Shown here: positions 25,061 to 32,000 of the stretch, piece by piece
Layout: each line of letters begins with the position of its first letter
How positions within the stretch are numbered: the stretch's first letter is position 1
Assembly: GCA_003056265.1 (NCBI GenBank)
Contig: NBVN01000002.1
Coordinates: forward strand, 540,001 to 572,000
Length of the DNA: 32,000 nucleotides
Direction of reading: 5' to 3'
Source of the DNA: Zestosphaera tikiterensis
GTDB taxonomy: Archaea > Thermoproteota > Thermoprotei_A > Sulfolobales > NBVN01
Made by a program: the position numbers and the translations under genes
The notes under the pieces: model-generated
Seen by the model: the letters and a program-made list of their open reading frames with translations, nothing else
What the model was told of the DNA's origin: nothing
Database searches by the model: none

Positions 25061-25348
25061 ATGAAGTGTTTCCAATGTTTACATTTTAAACCTTCTGAAA
25101 CATACCCTAAGCTTGGAGTTTGCGGTTTAAGTAATGAAGCGGTTTTAGGGGTTGGTGAAGCTTGTGAAAAAGTCAGCAGCAAGTTTGAGGTTTTAAGAGA
25201 TAAATTGAAAAGGGATGGTTGGCTTTACTGCGTTTCATGCCGGAAGCTCATCACTACTGAGGATGAGTTATTAGAGCATTTAGATGAGGTAAGTGCGGAT
25301 TTCTTAATTGATGAGTTTGCTTGGGAGGATCTACCAGCTAGTGATTAG
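25061..25348 (+). CDS. Hypothetical small Cys-containing protein upstream of OFOR
   Basis: 95 aa with CFQC...C...C...CVSC and an acidic tail. No family recognised. Confidence 0.4.
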   Translation: MKCFQCLHFKPSETYPKLGVCGLSNEAVLGVGEACEKVSSKFEVLRDKLKRDGWLYCVSCRKLITTEDELLEHLDEVSADFLIDEFAWEDLPASD

Positions 25349-25359
25349 GTGTTTAAGCC

Positions 25360-28207
<2,848 letters not shown>

Positions 28208-28215
28208 AAAAGTTT

Positions 28216-29493
28216 TTATATTTGTGGGTTAAGCTTATAGCCTAACAACCTACTGATTAATACGGAGCAGGCGTTATCGCCTGACGCGTTAACAGCGGTT
28301 CTTAAAGCGTCAGCTATTGGATCCACGACTAACATTATGCCGATGCCTTCCAGCGGCAGTCCTACAACGGCGAGTACGTAAGCTAACATTATAGTGCCTC
28401 CGCCTGGTATCGCGGCCGTAGCTACTGAACCCACTACAGCCGCTAAAACCAGCAGCGATATTTGATAGGGTGCTAACGGAATTCCGAAGAGTTGAGCTAT
28501 GAATATAGCGCTTAAGGCTTGATATAGGGCTGTACCGTCCATGTTTACCGTAGCGCCTATGGGAACCGTCACCTGAAATACTTCCTCAGGTACTCCCATC
28601 CTCCTAGCCGCGTCCATATTAACCGGTAAGGTTACAGCGGAAGACCTTGTTGTGAAGGCAACTACGAATGGTGTGAATTGAGCTTTAAAGTATTTTATCG
28701 GGTTTAACCCGCCTAACCAGACTATGATTGAATATATTACGAAGAAGTGAAAGAGCGTGAAGCTGTATTGAGCGACTAAGAACTTACCGTAAGCACCCAA
28801 CATAACCGGTCCGTAGGAGATCATTAACCAAGCTGCGTAAGCAAATATAGCTATTGGCGCGTAGTACATGATCATCCTAACGAACTGTATTAAAGTCTTA
28901 GAACCTAAGGATAGGTAGTAAGCAACCTTCCTACCTTCATCCCCTAGTAAAGTAACCCCTACACCCAGTATTATAGCGAATATGATCATCGACATAGCTC
29001 CGCCAACGGCTAGTAAAGCGTTAAAATCTGTTTGGAAGAATGACATGAGGATGTCAATACCTGACGGTGGTGTTGGAGGTTTGTAATCCTTAGGTGGTTG
29101 TAAACCAACACCTACGCCTGGGGCGAAAAGCTGACCTGCTAAAATGCCCCAGACAGCGGCTAAAGCGGAAGTTCCTATGTATAGGATTAACATCCAAACA
29201 AGTATCATGCCTAACCTCCTAGCGTTAGCTATGGAGGAGGTTGCGGCAGCTATCGTGAAGAATATCAGTGGTGGTATGACAATCCTAATCAAACGCACGA
29301 AGATATCTCCAAAAGCTTTAAACCAGGCTGCCGCACTTGTCTGCACATCTTTAGGGGCGGTAGCGCTTACAACCCAACCTACAGCAATACCTAGTATGAA
29401 ACATATCAGTATCGCTAATAAGAACGTTCTTTGAATACCGCCTCTAGTTGAATGGGTGGCCGTATATACCACCATTATATTGGTTGTTACCAA
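28216..29493 (-). CDS. gltP: Dicarboxylate/amino acid:cation symporter (GltP/GltPh family)
   Basis: Contains ...AFTTRSSAVTLPV... and ...GATVNMDGTALYQ..., the signature HP1 and NMDGT motifs. Confidence 0.8.
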   Translation of the reverse strand: MVTTNIMVVYTATHSTRGGIQRTFLLAILICFILGIAVGWVVSATAPKDVQTSAAAWFKAFGDIFVRLIRIVIPPLIFFTIAAATSSIANARRLGMILVWMLILYIGTSALAAVWGILAGQLFAPGVGVGLQPPKDYKPPTPPSGIDILMSFFQTDFNALLAVGGAMSMIIFAIILGVGVTLLGDEGRKVAYYLSLGSKTLIQFVRMIMYYAPIAIFAYAAWLMISYGPVMLGAYGKFLVAQYSFTLFHFFVIYSIIVWLGGLNPIKYFKAQFTPFVVAFTTRSSAVTLPVNMDAARRMGVPEEVFQVTVPIGATVNMDGTALYQALSAIFIAQLFGIPLAPYQISLLVLAAVVGSVATAAIPGGGTIMLAYVLAVVGLPLEGIGIMLVVDPIADALRTAVNASGDNACSVLISRLLGYKLNPQI

Positions 29494-29657
29494 CTTAAAA
29501 ACTTTTTCAACACGTTATTTAACATTGACAAAAGCGTTTATCAAGTAACTAAAGCTGGTGAATCACGTCTAAAGGTTAATTAATACATGATAGTATGTCT
29601 TTAGCTTCATGACTTCATAACTGATGTATAGTTAAATACTTTAGTGGGAGTAGTTAT

Positions 29658-30008
29658 GTGGTGGTTGATTTGACTCTTGCTGAGGTTAGCGAGCCTAAGG
29701 AAATTAAAGACTTGATTAGAGACTTACGTAGTAAGTTAGGCGACGTTCAAGATTCTTCGATTGTGTGGTATCTTAATAAAATACCTCAGTATATATGGAG
29801 TGTGTGGGGAAAGAGTTTAAGAAGGTTTGGAATCTCTTGGCAGGAATTTCTAAAGATAGTTTCAGAGAATAACGACTTACTCGTTAAGTGGGCTTTATAC
29901 GATCAAGTTGGGTGGGATGACGTGATTAATAAGCTTAGATCCGACTTGTTAAGTTATGTACAGCAACGTAAATCAAGAAGTAAAACGCTCTTAAGCTTTC
30001 TTAAGTAG
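29658..30008 (+). CDS. Hypothetical protein
   Basis: 116-aa ORF with a GTG start. No recognisable motif. Confidence 0.4.
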   Translation: MVVDLTLAEVSEPKEIKDLIRDLRSKLGDVQDSSIVWYLNKIPQYIWSVWGKSLRRFGISWQEFLKIVSENNDLLVKWALYDQVGWDDVINKLRSDLLSYVQQRKSRSKTLLSFLK

Positions 30009-30016
30009 GTTAAGTT

Positions 30017-30076
30017 TGAAGTGATGAGCGTATTTAAAATCTGAGTTCGTGATGTAGTGGCGGCTGTCTGAGCTTT
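30017..30076 (+). ncRNA. C/D box sRNA (2'-O-methylation guide)
   Basis: Elements are C box GTGATGA (30021-30027), a 13-nt guide, D' CTGA (30041-30044), a 4-nt GTTC linker, C' GTGATGT (30049-30055), a 12-nt guide AGTGGCGGCTGT and D box CTGA (30068-30071). Order and spacing are canonical and total size is ~60 nt. It lies in an intergenic gap 9 nt after a stop codon. Confidence 0.8.
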
Positions 30077-30088
30077 CCACACCTCCGA

Positions 30089-30985
30089 CTAAGCTTTTTT
30101 AATAAGTAGTTTATTGTTAACGACGTCAGCGTTTATTAAGCCTTCATCCATTAACCAAGATATGTATGAACTAACTGCGGATTTAAGAAGTATATAGGAG
30201 GGTATGTTCGCTACCTTAACGTTTAAGTTCTTGAATACCTTATCAAGCATCTCCTCGAAAGACACCGGTCCCCAACCAATAACCTCAAGTAACTTACTCC
30301 TGACGTTCTCTATAGCTTTCATGTTCTCACTTATCTCGGTTAAAGCTTCAGAAGGTGAGGATACTTTACCATGTGAAGGCACTATAAACCTGTAATTAAG
30401 TACTACGTTACTAAGCATGTTTAACGTCTTCCAAGCCCCCTTAACGTCTATGTGATACGGTATTACATACTTCGACAGGATCTCTATAGAGAAGAAAGCG
30501 TCAGCCGAAAATAACACGCCGTCTTTAGAGAATCCTAACATACCTAAGGAATGCCCAGATAGGTTTAAAACCTCCAAGCCTAATTCACCCTCAACTTCAC
30601 TTATGTCATGAACTTTAACACCTTTAGCTACAAGTAACTTAGACTTTAAACGCTCCGGCGGCATACTGCCGTAGAGATATATAGCTTCAATTAACGGCAG
30701 CTCAATGAACGGCTTCTCGTAGGGACTTGCGTATACGTCGACGCCTAACCTCTTAACTAAGATTTCATTACCGCCTATATGGTCGGCGTGTGAATGCGTG
30801 TTTATCACAGCCCTTAAGTTAAGTCCTAAACTTCTTAAGATGTTGTGGATCTTCCTACCGTAATCCTCATCTAAGCCGGTGTCGATAACGACACACTCCT
30901 TCTGATCTAATTTAATTAAACCTACGTTGGTCCTACCAGGTATGACATAAACGTTTTCTGAAAGTTTTAAAACATTTGAAGACAT
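30089..30985 (-). CDS. MBL-fold metallo-hydrolase
   Basis: Contains INTHSHADHIGGN (HxHxDH) plus downstream His/Asp ligands. Confidence 0.8.
   Translation of the reverse strand: MSSNVLKLSENVYVIPGRTNVGLIKLDQKECVVIDTGLDEDYGRKIHNILRSLGLNLRAVINTHSHADHIGGNEILVKRLGVDVYASPYEKPFIELPLIEAIYLYGSMPPERLKSKLLVAKGVKVHDISEVEGELGLEVLNLSGHSLGMLGFSKDGVLFSADAFFSIEILSKYVIPYHIDVKGAWKTLNMLSNVVLNYRFIVPSHGKVSSPSEALTEISENMKAIENVRSKLLEVIGWGPVSFEEMLDKVFKNLNVKVANIPSYILLKSAVSSYISWLMDEGLINADVVNNKLLIKKA
30095..30100 (+). terminator. Oligo-T tract downstream of the sRNA
   Basis: TTTTTT lies ~20 nt after the D box. Archaeal terminators are simple T-runs. This one overlaps the 3' end of the convergent gene. Confidence 0.3.
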
Positions 30986-31062
30986 TCAACTAACGCCTCC
31001 TTACTATAAAAGGTATTTTGAGTTTAATAGCTTAATAAACGTACTAACCGATGGTGTAGTAA

Positions 31063-31377
31063 GTGAGTGTGGATAGGGAGGCATTACTGCGTAGGCTTAA
31101 GGAAGCTGAAGACATACTTAAGAAGGTTGAGGTTCCCGGCTTCGACGTTGACGTAGTAAGTTCTGGAGTCGTTCAGAAATTAAGGATCTCAACAGACGGT
31201 AGGAAGCTAGTTGTATATGTAGACTTCAGAAGCAGCGATCCCAACTGCGGTTTCTGCAAGTTTATAAACCATACGTTATGGACAACCATAGCTAAGGAGA
31301 TAAAAAACGCTTTAATCAATGAAGGATTCACGGAGGTTTTAGTCGTTGATTCAGCTTCCGGAGCATTGCTTGAATAA
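31063..31377 (+). CDS. DUF59 / MIP18-family (SufT-like) Fe-S assembly-related protein
   Basis: Contains ...VEVPGFDVDVVSSGVVQKLRISTDGRKLVVYVDF..., matching the DUF59 core. GTG start. Confidence 0.6.
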   Translation: MSVDREALLRRLKEAEDILKKVEVPGFDVDVVSSGVVQKLRISTDGRKLVVYVDFRSSDPNCGFCKFINHTLWTTIAKEIKNALINEGFTEVLVVDSASGALLE

Positions 31378-31412
31378 CGGTAAGTACGCGCGTGTGAGGT
31401 AAGGTGGTTGAA

Positions 31413-32000
31413 ATGCTTGACTTCCTACTAAACCTACTCACGATATATGTTAAGGTTTTCGCTATAATAGATCCTTTCGCGGCTATACCTACATACTTAA
31501 CCCTTACTGAAGACTTCGATGAGAGGAGAAGGAATGAAATAATACGTAAGGCTTTCGTAGCTATGACGTTTATGGTCATCGTATTTACTTTAATGGGTGT
31601 TTGGATACTGAATTTCTTCGGCATAACTATAAACTCCTTGCGGGTGGCTGGAGGTTCCATACTTGTGGTTTTAGCTTTTGACATGCTGGGTGAGGCGCCG
31701 AGGTCTAAAAAACTTGAGCCTGGCGAAATAGCTGTAATGCCTATAGCTACACCGCTACTCGTAGGTCCTGGCACGATGACGACTATAATACTTTCAACGC
31801 TTGAGAACCCTTCTATCTCAGGTTACCTAACAGTCTTAACGGCTTCGTTGATGGCTGTAGCGACAGCAACTATCATACTTAAGTACTCTGAATTCCTAGT
31901 TAAGAAGTTAAGTAAGTCCTTCATTAAGGGTTTAGGTAGGTTTATGACTATAATAATAGCTGCTACAGGTTTTGAAATGATTAAAGCCGGTGTTATGGGT
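31413..32000 (+). CDS. MarC-family (UPF0056) integral membrane protein, truncated by the right window edge
   Basis: My translation is MLDFLLNLLTIYVKVFAIIDPFAAIPTYL...SLRVAGGSILVVLAFDML...MPIATPLLVGPGTMTT... with no stop to the end of the window. These are the characteristic MarC motifs. The 148-aa minus ORF at 31328-31774 is its antisense shadow. Confidence 0.7.
   Translation, partial: MLDFLLNLLTIYVKVFAIIDPFAAIPTYLTLTEDFDERRRNEIIRKAFVAMTFMVIVFTLMGVWILNFFGITINSLRVAGGSILVVLAFDMLGEAPRSKKLEPGEIAVMPIATPLLVGPGTMTTIILSTLENPSISGYLTVLTASLMAVATATIILKYSEFLVKKLSKSFIKGLGRFMTIIIAATGFEMIKAGVMG

Overview
The window looks like core chromosome of an archaeon, probably a hyperthermophilic crenarchaeote. The evidence is an AT-rich genome with very GC-rich tRNA stems, intron-containing tRNAs, a C/D box sRNA, TATA boxes about 25-35 nt upstream of start codons, a two-subunit 2-oxoacid:ferredoxin oxidoreductase and a free-serine-kinase homologue. 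Coding density is high on both strands, and most long antisense ORFs in the track are shadows of real genes.

Content from left to right:
- a truncated polyprenol-kinase-like membrane gene and tRNA-Val (with intron)
- two HD hydrolases and a processive GT2 glycosyltransferase
- a block of uncharacterised genes (wHTH, Pol-beta-type nucleotidyltransferase, two hypotheticals)
- HtpX protease
- a class V aminotransferase / SerA / SerK phosphoserine cluster
- a class I aminotransferase gene destroyed by a solo tnpB (IS200/IS605, IS1341-type) element with a candidate omega-RNA
- an orphan ribbon-helix-helix (RHH) gene with atypical codon usage, then tRNA-Pro
- a translationally coupled thrC-like / meaB pair and a second RHH gene
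- a DUF711 gene and tRNA-Leu (with intron)
- a Cys-rich mini-protein and a ClpP-fold SDH protease
- an ABC-2 exporter and a bioY-ecfAA'-ecfT-birA biotin operon
- AlaX, OFOR alpha/beta and a GltP-type symporter
- a C/D box sRNA that the ORF track cannot show
- an MBL hydrolase, a DUF59 protein and a truncated MarC-family gene

No CRISPR array, rRNA or prophage-scale island was seen. The best candidates for follow-up are the tnpB/omega-RNA element, which has an apparently rearranged RuvC-II glutamate, and the unannotated C/D sRNA. I did not find a convincing wholly novel multi-gene system.
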